A stretch of DNA of 64,000 nucleotides from Candidatus Omnitrophota bacterium (GCA_020632555.1 JACKFI010000004.1:12335-76334); one strand, 5' to 3'. Shown: positions 44,839-55,122, numbered from the stretch's first letter. The notes: generated by a model not told the origin, from the letters alone. Program-made: numbers and translations.

Positions 44839-45450
44839 TTATAAAGAAACAGGCCCTATTAAAATGGCGGCAACCATCATCACGAAACTTGCCAAAAAAT
44901 CAAAAGCTCTGGTCTGCAAAAGAACCAGCACAATAATAAAACCAAAAGGTTCCAGATATAAATATTTTCTAGCCAAGGGGGCTGGCAAAAGGCCTGCCAC
45001 AACGCGCGATCCATCCAACGGCGGAATCGGAATCATGTTAAAAACAGCTAAAAACAAATTAATGACCACCGCCAATGTAAAAAGATTCGGGCTAAAAGAA
45101 ATAAAAAAACTAGCAAGAACCGCAAGAATAATATTTACCGCCGGACCAGCTAAAGCGACAAAAATCATATTGTTCTTGGGATTACGCAAATTGGCAAAAT
45201 TAACTGGCACAGGTTTAGCCCAGCCAAAAGGAAAACCCAAAGCTAATTTGGTAATGATCGGAACAACAATGGTTCCAATCGGATCAATATGTTTTAATGG
45301 GTTCAAGGTAAGACGGCCCAACAGTTTCGCCGTTGGATCACCAAACTTCAAAGCGACCCAACCATGAGCGTATTCATGCAAGATCACTGCCGTCCCTAAA
45401 ACAAAAATGATTTGTAATGTTTGTAACCCTTCAGATGTCATGGCGTGCAT
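44839..45450 (-). CDS. Site-2 protease (M50) family zinc metalloprotease
   Basis: HExxH motif 'HEYAHG', a polytopic topology, and 'PIPPLDGS'. Confidence 0.75.
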   Translation of the reverse strand: MHAMTSEGLQTLQIIFVLGTAVILHEYAHGWVALKFGDPTAKLLGRLTLNPLKHIDPIGTIVVPIITKLALGFPFGWAKPVPVNFANLRNPKNNMIFVALAGPAVNIILAVLASFFISFSPNLFTLAVVINLFLAVFNMIPIPPLDGSRVVAGLLPAPLARKYLYLEPFGFIIVLVLLQTRAFDFLASFVMMVAAILIGPVSL

Positions 45451-45489
45451 TGTAGCAGAAAATTAAAACGAAGCAAATACACTGGAATT

Positions 45490-46272
45490 TTACAAAACTA
45501 AAGTGATCTTAGAAACAAGGACAACGGGGTATTGAGCTTTGATGTTTGATTGCTGCTGCCCCTCAATTCTAACTTTCTGATGCAAAAATCCATCAAGAAT
45601 ACGACGATAACCTTTCAAGGCATATATCTTCCCATCGCTTTCTAAATAATGTCGAACATCAGGCGACACCATTTGCTCATCCAAATCAGAAACAACTCCA
45701 ACCGCAAGAATAACTTCCGCTGGCAACTCTACTGGCTTAACCACTTCTGGAAGTTTATCCATATCAACTTTCTGAACAGGCACCTGAACCAAACGCGCTG
45801 GCGGAATTTGCGATGATTTAAAAGCAATAAAATCTTTAAGAATCCACCCAAAACTTTGATCTGGTGATTCAATCTCATACCAATCATCTTTTTTGTTAAT
45901 AATGCGAATCAACTCACCTTTTTTAAGCTGGCCCAAAACCGAAGCATTATTTGAAGCCGTGGCACGAATATTCAACCGATTAGCCATCACCTCACCAGTC
46001 CCATTGCCTAAATCTTTCACAAATCCTGCGCTGACATAAACTTTTATCTCAGAAGAAAGTTTAATCTTTCGCCAATCATAGCTAGCCCCAACCACAACAA
46101 TATCATCGCCCTTATTTAACTGCCCCAGAGATTCAAAATTAGCATTTTGACCAGCGCGCACATTTGTCGTTTTTGTTGTAACCGTTGCCACAAAAGGAAA
46201 AGCCTCTTGCGCCTGAGCATAAATGCCACCCAAACACAAAAGGCTTAAACCAACACATATTAATCTTTTCAT
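45490..46272 (-). CDS. Secreted SH3b-domain protein
   Basis: A signal peptide and two SH3_3-like segments ('VNVRAGQNANFESLGQLNKGDDIVVV', 'LNIRATASNNASVLGQLKKGELIRII'). Confidence 0.6.
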   Translation of the reverse strand: MKRLICVGLSLLCLGGIYAQAQEAFPFVATVTTKTTNVRAGQNANFESLGQLNKGDDIVVVGASYDWRKIKLSSEIKVYVSAGFVKDLGNGTGEVMANRLNIRATASNNASVLGQLKKGELIRIINKKDDWYEIESPDQSFGWILKDFIAFKSSQIPPARLVQVPVQKVDMDKLPEVVKPVELPAEVILAVGVVSDLDEQMVSPDVRHYLESDGKIYALKGYRRILDGFLHQKVRIEGQQQSNIKAQYPVVLVSKITLVL

Positions 46273-46331
46273 GAAGAACCGATTGCCTAAAAGTTGCTTT
46301 ACATCTTAATATTTAAAATACAAACAAAACT

Positions 46332-46586
46332 TTATTTCTTAGGAGCAGCTTTTCCGGCAGCCTTAGCTCCGGGAGCAGGAGCAGCAGCACCATCCGCGGC
46401 GGGAGCAGCTTTAACCGTTTTACGCGCTTTAATTTTAACAATTTTTGTTTTTGGCAAACCAATCGCGCGACCATCTTCCTTTAAAAGACCCTTTTTCATC
46501 AATTCCTTCATGCGCTCAATACGCGTCAAAACAGATCGCTGTTGTGCTCCGGCTGTGTCAATTTTCAAGGACGGGTGTAAAGACAT
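46332..46586 (-). CDS. 'Small basic protein' (TIGR04137-like) with an Ala/Lys/Pro-rich tail
   Basis: 'SLHPSLKIDTAGAQQRSVLTRIERMKEL...GLPKTK'. I assigned the family from memory. Confidence 0.55.
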   Translation of the reverse strand: MSLHPSLKIDTAGAQQRSVLTRIERMKELMKKGLLKEDGRAIGLPKTKIVKIKARKTVKAAPAADGAAAPAPGAKAAGKAAPKK

Positions 46587-46587
46587 G

Positions 46588-47202
46588 TTATAAACTCCTT
46601 ATCATACTATCTTTGTATCGTTTTTTAAGTTTGCTCAGCATTTGCTTTGCTTTATCTTGATTAGTGAATTTTCCAACACAAATAATCACATAATCTCCTT
46701 TTTGCATCGTAAAACTCTCAAAACCTTCACGCTTTAAATTCATGGCCTCCTTCTCTGCCATGGATTCTTTTTTGTAAGATGCTACCTGAACAGTGTATCC
46801 TTTGTCAACATCTTTTTGCGCAGCTGCCGGCTGATCCATAATTGGAGCAACCACTGAAACAGGCGATAAATCACTTTGTGCTGCTTGAGCTGCACCTGTC
46901 ATATTTTGCGGCATCGTAACCGCCATAACCTGTGGAGAAGGCAAACTCTCTGTTTGTACCGCCACCGGCACTGCAAGTTGCGCAACCGAATGAGCCATAC
47001 GCGCCCTAACCCGACCACGTTCAACGCCAATGGAAAACGCAATGATCAAACTCACAATCATAAAAACAAAAACCACAACAACATTTTCAAAGGTCAAAAC
47101 AATACGACTAAAAATAAAACGCGGCGCCGTATTTTCAATTGGCTCGCCAGTGGTGCCAGGAAAAAGTTCGAATTGAGATTGATTACCAAAATGGATATTC
47201 AC
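46588..47202 (-). CDS. SPOR-domain (septal peptidoglycan-binding) membrane protein
   Basis: An N-terminal TM helix and the C-terminal SPOR domain 'GYTVQVASYKKESMAEKEAMNLKREGF...GKFTNQDKAKQMLSKLK'. Confidence 0.7.
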   Translation of the reverse strand: MNIHFGNQSQFELFPGTTGEPIENTAPRFIFSRIVLTFENVVVVFVFMIVSLIIAFSIGVERGRVRARMAHSVAQLAVPVAVQTESLPSPQVMAVTMPQNMTGAAQAAQSDLSPVSVVAPIMDQPAAAQKDVDKGYTVQVASYKKESMAEKEAMNLKREGFESFTMQKGDYVIICVGKFTNQDKAKQMLSKLKKRYKDSMIRSL

Positions 47203-47224
47203 GGAATTATTATATAAAGAATTA

Positions 47225-48322
47225 CTAAAGTTTACTCAAGAATTTCCGAAACTTTTTTTGTCTATAAAGATCACTGAAACATTTGACAACCTTCGGATCA
47301 AATTGCGTGCCGCTATTACGTAACAATTCATTAACCGCGTCAACCAAGGTGAGTTTGCGCTTATAGGGTCGTCCGCGCACCATCGCTTCAAACGCGTCAA
47401 CAACCGACATAATGCGTGCACCGACGGGAATCTGCTCTTTTTTTAAACCCGACGGATAACCAGTCCCATCATATTTCTCGCGGTGATACAAAATAATCGG
47501 CAAAACCGGCCGTAAAAATGCCACCGGCTTTATCAACTCCGCGCTCTTGGTCGGCAAATCACGAATGATTTTAAATTCTTCAGGTGTTAACTGACTGGTC
47601 TTCGATAAAATTTCAAACGGCACATCCACCGCTCCAGCATCGTGCAACATACTGGCGTATTGTAAACAATCAATCGCGTCTTGTCCAAGATTCATTTTTT
47701 CAGCAATCGCTTTCATAATACTAAAATACGCCGGCGCATGCATCAAAGCTTGATATCCTTTACGTTCCAAAAGCTTGTCAATAAACTGAATACTGCCCAG
47801 AATGGTTCTTTGCTGTTCCTCATAAATCTGCAATTTCTTAATAGCCGTCACAGATTGCTCAGCAAACACAGATAACATTTCACGATCAAAATCAGTAAAA
47901 GGCGCTTCACTGTTTTTACGCTCAACAAAAATCGCACCAATATTTTCATCAGCAATCAAAGGTAACCCTATGACCCGCGACTCAATCAGCGGATAACCTT
48001 CCGTCACACGAATCTCAACATCACTGATATTTTTAAGATCTTGTCGTTTATCTAACAAAATGTTGATTTGATTGTTAAACATAGCCACGAGAATAACTTT
48101 TCTCTTCTGCGGATCCAAAATGTAAACGCTGGCCGAACTGGCTTTAATAAATTGGCACAACAATCGAGTTAACCGCAAGGTTAATTCATGAACATTATAA
48201 GTAGAATTAACCAAACGATACACCATATGCACCGCGGAAAGAATCAAACTATAGCGCTTCTCTAATGAAAGATGCGATCGGGGATTCTTTGATTGTCTTT
48301 TCAAAAGCTTATGATTTTTCAC
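47225..48322 (-). CDS. GAF + HD-GYP domain protein (c-di-GMP phosphodiesterase type)
   Basis: 'LHDAGAV' and 'HREKYDGTGYPSGL', with a GAF-like N-terminal half. Confidence 0.75.
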   Translation of the reverse strand: MKNHKLLKRQSKNPRSHLSLEKRYSLILSAVHMVYRLVNSTYNVHELTLRLTRLLCQFIKASSASVYILDPQKRKVILVAMFNNQINILLDKRQDLKNISDVEIRVTEGYPLIESRVIGLPLIADENIGAIFVERKNSEAPFTDFDREMLSVFAEQSVTAIKKLQIYEEQQRTILGSIQFIDKLLERKGYQALMHAPAYFSIMKAIAEKMNLGQDAIDCLQYASMLHDAGAVDVPFEILSKTSQLTPEEFKIIRDLPTKSAELIKPVAFLRPVLPIILYHREKYDGTGYPSGLKKEQIPVGARIMSVVDAFEAMVRGRPYKRKLTLVDAVNELLRNSGTQFDPKVVKCFSDLYRQKKFRKFLSKL

Positions 48323-48324
48323 AT

Positions 48325-49491
48325 TTACACCAAGGCATAAGGATTAAAGAATTTTTTATGTTCCTCAAGAGCATAACGATCCGTCATCGAAGCAATGTAG
48401 TTACAAATGATTTCATATTTTTCTACTTTGGAATACACCTTACTGCGCGAATAAACATGCGGTGAAAGCTGATGAGGCTCTTTGACATAAACCGCAAAAA
48501 GATCATCAATAATCCGCTGTGCTTTTGCGGTCATACGCACAACACGATAATGATGATATAATTTTTGATTCAATAAATTCTGCAAAAAAACTCTTTCGCT
48601 GGACATCTGCGGGCTAAAAGACACCACATCTTTATTGTATTGCTTGACCTCCTGCGCAGAACGAAAAGCCAACGTCTTTAAACGCTGGTCCGTAAACTGC
48701 AGCAAATCCGTAATCTGCATATCGATTAATGCTTTAACGACTTGATATTTCAGCATATCCCGATTGGTAAAATTCTTAGTTCCCCCGATGCGTGTTAAAG
48801 CTTTTTGCCACAAAGAACTTTCCGTCAAATCTTCTTCAGTAATACACCCCGACGTCAATCCATCATCAATATCATGATTCAAATACGCCAAAGAATCTGC
48901 CAAATCGACAACCTGAGCCTCTAAGGTTGTTCCTTCATTAAAGAATTTCTTGGCCTTGCCTGGCAAATCATACACTGTCTTATGTTTCAAAATGCCGACT
49001 AAAACTTCCGGCGTTAAATTTAATCCAGAAAAATCTGGATACCGCTTCTCCAACCGTGTAAGAATTTCGAAACTGTGCTTATTGTGATTAAAACCTTTAA
49101 GTTTTGCTTTTTTCAAAATATTGTCCAACGCATCCTCACCGGCATGACCAAACGGCGGATGTCCCAAATCATGAGCCAAAGCAATCGCTTCAATCAAATC
49201 TTCATTGAGCATCAAACTCCGGCCAACCGTACGCCCAATCTGCGCGACCTCAATGGTATGCGTCAAACGCGTGCGATAATAATCTCCCTCAAGAATAGTA
49301 AAAACTTGTGTTTTATATTCCAATTTACGAAAAGCTTCACAATGAACAATACGATCACGGTCACGTTGATAACAAGTTCTCACAGCGTGTGCTGGTTCTT
49401 TGTGCATACGAGCGCCAGAGTCACCGCTTTTCATTGCGTAAACAGCGAGAATTTTGCGCTCCAAAGCTTCAATGTCTTGTCGTGTCCGCAT
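48325..49491 (-). CDS. dgt: dGTP triphosphohydrolase-like HD protein
   Basis: 'FRKLEYKTQVF', 'RTRLTHTIEVAQIGR' and 'AHDLGHPPFGHAGE'. Confidence 0.85.
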   Translation of the reverse strand: MRTRQDIEALERKILAVYAMKSGDSGARMHKEPAHAVRTCYQRDRDRIVHCEAFRKLEYKTQVFTILEGDYYRTRLTHTIEVAQIGRTVGRSLMLNEDLIEAIALAHDLGHPPFGHAGEDALDNILKKAKLKGFNHNKHSFEILTRLEKRYPDFSGLNLTPEVLVGILKHKTVYDLPGKAKKFFNEGTTLEAQVVDLADSLAYLNHDIDDGLTSGCITEEDLTESSLWQKALTRIGGTKNFTNRDMLKYQVVKALIDMQITDLLQFTDQRLKTLAFRSAQEVKQYNKDVVSFSPQMSSERVFLQNLLNQKLYHHYRVVRMTAKAQRIIDDLFAVYVKEPHQLSPHVYSRSKVYSKVEKYEIICNYIASMTDRYALEEHKKFFNPYALV

Positions 49492-49496
49492 ATCGC

Positions 49497-50003
49497 TTAA
49501 GACTTCTTTTTTGACTCCCGCACATGTTGTTGAGCTAATTTTTCATGCAAAACTTTCAACGATTGAGAGATAACTTTTGTTTGCGCAACAACCGGCATGA
49601 AGTTAACATCCCCCTTCCAACGCGGTACCACATGCACATGCAAATGCCCTGGGAATCCCGCACCTGCAGCTCGCCCCAAATTAATACCAACATTATAACC
49701 CGCTGGCTTGAGCGTTTTTTGCAACAAACCCTTGACATAATTAAGCAAACAAAAAAGATCCATTATTTCTTGCTCAGATAATTTGCTCAAATCATTAACA
49801 TGCCGATTGGGCAAAATAAGAACATGGCCATTGTTATAGGGAAAAAGATTGAGTACCCCGAAACTCAACTCACTGCGGACAAAGATAAGATTCTTCTTAT
49901 CATTCTTTTCTTTAATCATACGACAAAACACACACCCCTTGGTTTTACCAATCAACTCGGTCACATATTTAACTCGCCAAGGAGCCCAAAGCTTGTCCAT
50001 CAA
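49497..50003 (-). CDS. HIT-family nucleotide hydrolase/phosphorylase (Ap4A phosphorylase-like)
   Basis: Histidine triad 'GHLHVHVVPRW' and 'CVFC' near the N-terminus. Confidence 0.75.
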   Translation of the reverse strand: MMDKLWAPWRVKYVTELIGKTKGCVFCRMIKEKNDKKNLIFVRSELSFGVLNLFPYNNGHVLILPNRHVNDLSKLSEQEIMDLFCLLNYVKGLLQKTLKPAGYNVGINLGRAAGAGFPGHLHVHVVPRWKGDVNFMPVVAQTKVISQSLKVLHEKLAQQHVRESKKKS

Positions 50004-50491
50004 ACACCTGCCTTAATTCTGACATGTTTGGCCGAAAAATCTTTATTCGCAATTTCAATAATCCCATAAGAACAGTACGGCGCAAAAATGGTATCATTGG
50101 GGCTGCCCGGATTAAAATAAAGCACGGCCCCTTCTTTTTGATTTAACGGCTGGTGCGAATGTCCAAAAATAACAATATCCACTTTATCGTGTGCAAATTC
50201 CTCTTTCACGTTAACCATAATTGTTTTCGCAGGACCTTCACCATGAAACAGCCCCACCGTGAATGCCCCCAACTTGAATATTTGCCGACGAGGAAAAAGA
50301 TTGCGAATCGCGGCGGTATCCATATTTCCAAAAACAGCCTTAACCGGTTTAATCTGCGCTAAAGTTTCATAATCAGGCGTATCGCAAAAATCCCCCGCAT
50401 GAATAATTAAATCGACTGACTTGAAATCTTTGAGCATCATCTTGGGCAGATCCCGAGAATGAGTATCTGCAACAACACCAATACGCAACAT
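50000..50491 (-). CDS. YfcE/MJ0936-family metallophosphoesterase
   Basis: 'IGVVADTHS', 'HAGDF', 'GNMD' and 'FGHSH'. Confidence 0.8.
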   Translation of the reverse strand: MLRIGVVADTHSRDLPKMMLKDFKSVDLIIHAGDFCDTPDYETLAQIKPVKAVFGNMDTAAIRNLFPRRQIFKLGAFTVGLFHGEGPAKTIMVNVKEEFAHDKVDIVIFGHSHQPLNQKEGAVLYFNPGSPNDTIFAPYCSYGIIEIANKDFSAKHVRIKAGV

Positions 50492-50495
50492 AAAA

Positions 50496-52148
50496 TTATG
50501 CCTTATCTTCCTGAGGACAAACAATCAATGACTTATCAAAGATTGACGTTAATATATTGAGTTCACCCTCATTCCAAATCCACATCCGCTCTTGCAAAGC
50601 ACGAACTCGCGCATTTTCATCCAAACGATCAAATGAAATTAAAACACGGCGCTGCGGTTTATGAATAATTTTCCTGGTTTCATTTAATACATTATTGATT
50701 TCATTTTCACCAACCGCCCCAGACTTCAAAATAATAATCCACTCTCCATCATCAGCAACCGCACGAATAAAATCCAAATGCCCACCGGCAACCATGCGCA
50801 CCCGCGATGGCGTCATTTGTCGAAATAACGGTAATTTGTAGCGCCGTCCATTGATCGACAAAGCTTCATTTTCAAAACAGGAAAGCAGCTCTAAAACCTG
50901 CGAGCAAACATCACGTTTAGCACTGGCACAAGAGACATCATACGCACGACTAAATTCCTGCCGAAATTCTTCTTGCTGCCGCTCGCCATGATTTTCAATA
51001 ACATTACGCCGTTTATAAAAAATAAACTTCAACCAATACTTCAAAAGTCGATCTGGCAAATAATAATAATTCCCATTCTTGGCTACAATGCCAAGCTCTA
51101 AAAGTCGATTAACCCGACCAGTAACCACAGTCTGCTTGAGATTAAGACGTTCTTTAAGTTCACCAATCTTTTGTCGACCACCAGCCAAAGACAGTAAAAT
51201 TCGTGAAACAACAACATTCCCTTTACCTGAAGCGATCCGTTCAATAATCAAATCAAAATGTCGGCTCAAAACACCCCAGCGTTCATTTAATATTTTTTCG
51301 AACGCCAATGATACTAATGGCAAAAAGATTTCCGTTTGCTTATGAACAGCACATAATGCGCGCAGCTCTTCACAAATCAAGGTCAAATATAATGGCTGTC
51401 CGCCGGTAAAATCAATTAAAAAATGTGTCAACGGGCCGCTCAGTTTAATGCCTTGCAGCTGAAATTGCACAAACTCTTGGCTGGTCTTGATATCAAAAGG
51501 CTGAATCTCCAAAACTTCAAAGTTCCCAAACAGCAAAGACAACTTTTCTGAAAGAATTTTTTGTGCAGACCACAACAAGGAGCTAGCCACAACATACAAA
51601 CAACGCCGCTGAATCATTATCCGCTTGCCTAATTCTTGGAATTCATCATTAATTCCAAAGTCTTCCAAATGCTGGAATTCATCAAAAAACAAAACACAAT
51701 ACATATTCGCTTCCTGAGTAAAAGTCTGCGGCAAAGTAATAATTTCCAAATACGCTTCCAGCTCACGATTATGAGCCAAATGATTCTGGATTTTCTTAAT
51801 CGCCTTGACGGTTTGCGGCAAACAGTTTTCGGCTAAACTCATCAGAACAACTAAATCATCAGAAACAGCTAACCCTTGACGACAAACAAAATGATGCAAC
51901 AAACTACCTGCTAATCTATAAAAGAAATAGGCCAAATCCGCATTTTCCAAATCAATATAAACAGGAACAATCTGCGGATCATCCAGGTCAGCAAGAAACT
52001 TCTTAATGATCATCGTTTTACCGCTATAACGATCACCCAAAAAAGCCATATTCTGACGATAACCGTCCTTTAAATCAAAAACACGGCGTTTCAAAAGTTC
52101 TAATTTCTTTTTACGCCCATAAAACTGTTCTTGTCCAACATGGCTCAT
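50496..52148 (-). CDS. Archaeal-type AAA ATPase with wHTH and a DUF234-like C-terminal domain
   Basis: 'FYGRKKKLELL', Walker A 'GDRYSGKT', Walker B 'VLFFDEFQHL', wHTH 'VTGRVNRLLELGIV'. The start was moved to 'MSHVGQ' because the longer ORF overlaps the nlpD-like gene. Confidence 0.6.
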   Translation of the reverse strand: MSHVGQEQFYGRKKKLELLKRRVFDLKDGYRQNMAFLGDRYSGKTMIIKKFLADLDDPQIVPVYIDLENADLAYFFYRLAGSLLHHFVCRQGLAVSDDLVVLMSLAENCLPQTVKAIKKIQNHLAHNRELEAYLEIITLPQTFTQEANMYCVLFFDEFQHLEDFGINDEFQELGKRIMIQRRCLYVVASSLLWSAQKILSEKLSLLFGNFEVLEIQPFDIKTSQEFVQFQLQGIKLSGPLTHFLIDFTGGQPLYLTLICEELRALCAVHKQTEIFLPLVSLAFEKILNERWGVLSRHFDLIIERIASGKGNVVVSRILLSLAGGRQKIGELKERLNLKQTVVTGRVNRLLELGIVAKNGNYYYLPDRLLKYWLKFIFYKRRNVIENHGERQQEEFRQEFSRAYDVSCASAKRDVCSQVLELLSCFENEALSINGRRYKLPLFRQMTPSRVRMVAGGHLDFIRAVADDGEWIIILKSGAVGENEINNVLNETRKIIHKPQRRVLISFDRLDENARVRALQERMWIWNEGELNILTSIFDKSLIVCPQEDKA

Positions 52149-52155
52149 ACGATCC

Positions 52156-52845
52156 TCAAATTTTAGGTAAAAAGTAAAGCGGATTTTCTGCTTTAGCATA
52201 CCGACGAATTTCAAAATACAATAACGGAGAATTTCCCTTTTTCCCAGCCAGCGCCAATTTCTGTCCCTTAACAACCATATCTCCCAGACCGACTGCAATC
52301 TTTGAATTGAACCCATAAACAGTAAAATAACCGTCCATATGATCCAAAATAACGGTGTAATAATACCCCGCCAAATAATCCGCAAAAACAACCTTTCCCT
52401 GTCGAGAAGCGGTAACAGATTGTCCCTCCATTGTTTCGATACCAATGCCATGGTTCAAATACGAACCACGCCTCTCCCCAAAATAACGAACAATCCGCCC
52501 AGAGACAGGCCACCCAAAATCATCTTTCACCAATGCGGTTGTCATAGTCGAAGATGCCGCAGTTGTAACCTTCTGCGAACTTGCGCCAGGAATAAAAATC
52601 AATTGATTCTCTTCAAGATGAGCACCATCAGGAATATTATTACTGCGGATGATATTATCAATATCAATCTGATACGTTTTTGCTATTCGCCAAAGGGTTT
52701 CCCCTTTTTGAACTTTATGATAAATGCCGGCCTGGCTACGATTAACCCCTGTTGACATTCCAGAATCAACCGTCATGCAGCCAGAAAAAGAAAAGAGCAT
52801 AAAAACAATAACCAGAAAACAATAAGCAGAAAAAGATTTTCTCAC
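52156..52845 (-). CDS. NlpD-like lipoprotein: LysM plus a degenerate (probably non-catalytic) LytM/M23 domain
   Basis: A GTG start gives '(M)RKSFSAYCFLVIVFMLFSFSGC' (lipobox), followed by the LysM segment 'YHKVQKGETLWRIAKTY'. The M23 HxH site is replaced ('PLLYFEI' instead of 'PHLHFEI'). Confidence 0.7.
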   Translation of the reverse strand: MRKSFSAYCFLVIVFMLFSFSGCMTVDSGMSTGVNRSQAGIYHKVQKGETLWRIAKTYQIDIDNIIRSNNIPDGAHLEENQLIFIPGASSQKVTTAASSTMTTALVKDDFGWPVSGRIVRYFGERRGSYLNHGIGIETMEGQSVTASRQGKVVFADYLAGYYYTVILDHMDGYFTVYGFNSKIAVGLGDMVVKGQKLALAGKKGNSPLLYFEIRRYAKAENPLYFLPKI

Positions 52846-52865
52846 TAATGCAACCTCATAAAATT

Positions 52866-52939
52866 TGGAGCGAGGGACGGGAATCGAACCCGCGTAGATA
52901 GCTTGGGAAGCTACCATTCTACCATTGAATTACCCTCGC
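52866..52939 (-). tRNA. tRNA-Gly (anticodon CCC), CCA encoded
   Basis: The minus strand reads GCGAGGGTAATTCAATGGTAGAATGGTAGCTTCCCAAGCTATCTACGCGGGTTCGATTCCCGTCCCTCGCTCCA. It folds as a cloverleaf by hand, with a TTCGATT T-loop. Confidence 0.9.
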
Positions 52940-52973
52940 AAAAGTCAAAGCATCATCAGAAAATAGTATTTTC

Positions 52974-53615
52974 CTAATTTCCAGGTTCCAACCTTTGCAA
53001 AAACTTTTTTGTTGTCCCTTTAACATCCTTTGCTTTACAAATGGCTCGCGTAACAGCAACACGCCGTCCACCATATTCAACAACACGATCAAGGTTCACA
53101 AGCGTGATCCCGCCAATAAAAAACACCGGGATTTTAATTTTCCGACCAATTTCAGATAAAAGCTTTAAATTCATCGGGCTGCGCTCTGGTTTGGTCTTAG
53201 TCGTAAAAACCGACCCAAAACCAATATAATCCGCACCTTGCTTTTGTGCTTGAAGTGATTGATTAAGAGTCTGACAAGAAACTCCAATCATCTTCCCGGC
53301 TCCACATATTTTCCGTGCTTGATCCAGCGGCAAATCATGCTGTCCCAAATGGACACCATCGCAATCACCAGCTAAAGCTAAATCCAAACGATCATTAACA
53401 ATGAACAAAGCCTTGCCCTTAACATAAGCATTCGCCTTCTGACAAAAAGCTAAAATCTCACGAGCAGAACCGTCTTTACTGCGCAATTGAATTATCCCTG
53501 CTCCGGCATCAACAGTCTTTTTTAAAACACGCAACAATTCTTTAAAATCAGCGACACTGTTATCTAAGACAACATAAAACTTTGCTCTTTTTAAAATGGT
53601 CTTTTTACTTAACAT
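52974..53615 (-). CDS. thiE: Thiamine-phosphate synthase
   Basis: 'IIQLRSKD', 'GVHLGQHDLP', 'IGVSCQT' and 'DYIGFGSVFTTKTK'. Confidence 0.85.
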   Translation of the reverse strand: MLSKKTILKRAKFYVVLDNSVADFKELLRVLKKTVDAGAGIIQLRSKDGSAREILAFCQKANAYVKGKALFIVNDRLDLALAGDCDGVHLGQHDLPLDQARKICGAGKMIGVSCQTLNQSLQAQKQGADYIGFGSVFTTKTKPERSPMNLKLLSEIGRKIKIPVFFIGGITLVNLDRVVEYGGRRVAVTRAICKAKDVKGTTKKFLQRLEPGN

Positions 53616-54033
53616 GTAAACCAGACGAAGTTAAAACCTTCTGCTCAACCGCGTAAACGTTATACCGCAAATTTTTAATTTCAGCCGCCGCGCGCGCATC
53701 TTTGAATTTGGCAAACTCCTCCAAAACACGCAATGATTCCTTCGCCCGCTGACAATTCGCATAAAAAACATCAGCTATTGTTTCACGCTTAGACTCAGAT
53801 AAAATCGTGGCCCGCCCCTGATCTGTTTGAATATCACGACCAATAATCAAATCTTGATAGCCAAAACATCCCACGTGCGCAGTAAGTTGATGTCGAATAT
53901 CCTTAAATTTCTTTGTTGAGCTTTTTTCATTCAACCAAAATCGGCAAACATCTTCACAAACCCGCAAACCTTCTTTAGCACGATTAAAATTCGCATCCAC
54001 GACCCGCAATAATTTCATTTCGAATTTTTTAAG
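53605..54033 (-). CDS. ThiE-associated helical domain protein (a domain fused to the ThiE N-terminus in some lineages)
   Basis: '[24 protein letters not shown]' and '[17 protein letters not shown]', an internal repeat. It overlaps the thiE start. The start codon is uncertain (54033 or 54015). Confidence 0.5.
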   Translation of the reverse strand, partial: LKKFEMKLLRVVDANFNRAKEGLRVCEDVCRFWLNEKSSTKKFKDIRHQLTAHVGCFGYQDLIIGRDIQTDQGRATILSESKRETIADVFYANCQRAKESLRVLEEFAKFKDARAAAEIKNLRYNVYAVEQKVLTSSGLHVK

Positions 54034-54517
54034 CATGACCTTTGATTTTCCTAACAATATTGCTAGTCGATAGTCCATCTAAATATTTAATGAGTTCAAC
54101 TTTCCCGCCATTTTGCCGAACAATATCCGCCCCGGCAATTTCTTTACCCTTCCAATCTGCTCCTTTAATCAAGATATCCGGCTTTAACTGGCTGATCAAA
54201 TGTTGAGGGGTATCTTCATCAAAGATAACAATAAAATCCACCGATGATAATCCAGCTAAAACGCCAGCACGATTAAGTTCACCATTAACTGGCCGTCCCA
54301 AACCTTTTAAACGCCGCACAGAATCATCACTGTTTAAACCAACAATTAAAATTCGATCAGTTTTTTTGGCCGCGTTTAAATAACTCACATGACCGAAATG
54401 CAAAATATCAAAACACCCATTGGTAAAAGCTATTTTCTGACCACTCCCGCGCAAACCAATCAATTTTCTTTTCAAAGAACCAACCGATACAATTTTCTTC
54501 ACCAAATCTGACATCAT
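54029..54517 (-). CDS. hldC: D-glycero-beta-D-manno-heptose-1-phosphate adenylyltransferase (RfaE domain II type)
   Basis: Cytidylyltransferase motif '[17 protein letters not shown]'. Confidence 0.8.
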   Translation of the reverse strand: MMSDLVKKIVSVGSLKRKLIGLRGSGQKIAFTNGCFDILHFGHVSYLNAAKKTDRILIVGLNSDDSVRRLKGLGRPVNGELNRAGVLAGLSSVDFIVIFDEDTPQHLISQLKPDILIKGADWKGKEIAGADIVRQNGGKVELIKYLDGLSTSNIVRKIKGHA

Positions 54518-54552
54518 TCAATAACCATCAACTTTCAGCACATATTAAAAAC

Positions 54553-55122
54553 TCAAATAACAAACTCTTGTTCCACCAATTCACAAATCGTATGCGCGAT
54601 GGTTATGTGAGCCTCTTGAATACGCGCGGTAACAGACGATGGAACAATCAATTTTATGTCAGCTAAAGATGCCAATACCCCGCCATTGCCGCCAGTCAAA
54701 ACAATCGTCACCAAACCCAGCGCTTTCGCTTTCTTGATCGCCTCTACAATATTCTTAGAATTCCCGCTGGTGGATATCCCAATGGCAACATCACCAGCTT
54801 TACCCAAAGCTTCAATTTGTCGACTAAAAATTATATCGAAACTATAATCATTGCCCAGTGCTGTTAAAGCCGATGTGTCTGTTGTCAAAGCAATCGCAGC
54901 CAAAGCACGCCGCTCTTTCTGAAAACGACCAATAAACTCAGCCGCAATGTGTTGACTATCCGCAGCAGAACCGCCATTGCCAAACAATAAAATTTTTCCA
55001 CCAGATTTTAAAGTTGTGGTTAAAACAGACACAGCTGTTTGAATTGCGGAAAGATTCTTCGCCAATGTTGCCCGCTGGACGTCAGCTGATTGTTCAAAAA
55101 TTTGCTTAATGCGATCTTGCAT
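54553..55122 (-). CDS. gmhA: Phosphoheptose isomerase (SIS domain)
   Basis: '[16 protein letters not shown]' and '[10 protein letters not shown]'. Confidence 0.85.
   Translation of the reverse strand: MQDRIKQIFEQSADVQRATLAKNLSAIQTAVSVLTTTLKSGGKILLFGNGGSAADSQHIAAEFIGRFQKERRALAAIALTTDTSALTALGNDYSFDIIFSRQIEALGKAGDVAIGISTSGNSKNIVEAIKKAKALGLVTIVLTGGNGGVLASLADIKLIVPSSVTARIQEAHITIAHTICELVEQEFVI

Noticed and set aside
52149-52451. N-terminal 100 residues of ORF 50496-52451
   Set aside because: This part overlaps the nlpD-like CDS in another frame. The conserved ATPase N-terminus begins at 'MSHVGQEQFYGR' (52148).
52846-52917. N-terminal 24 residues of ORF 52156-52917
   Set aside because: They overlap tRNA-Gly ('GSIPVPRS' is the usual translation of a T-arm). 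The GTG at 52845 yields a proper lipoprotein signal.
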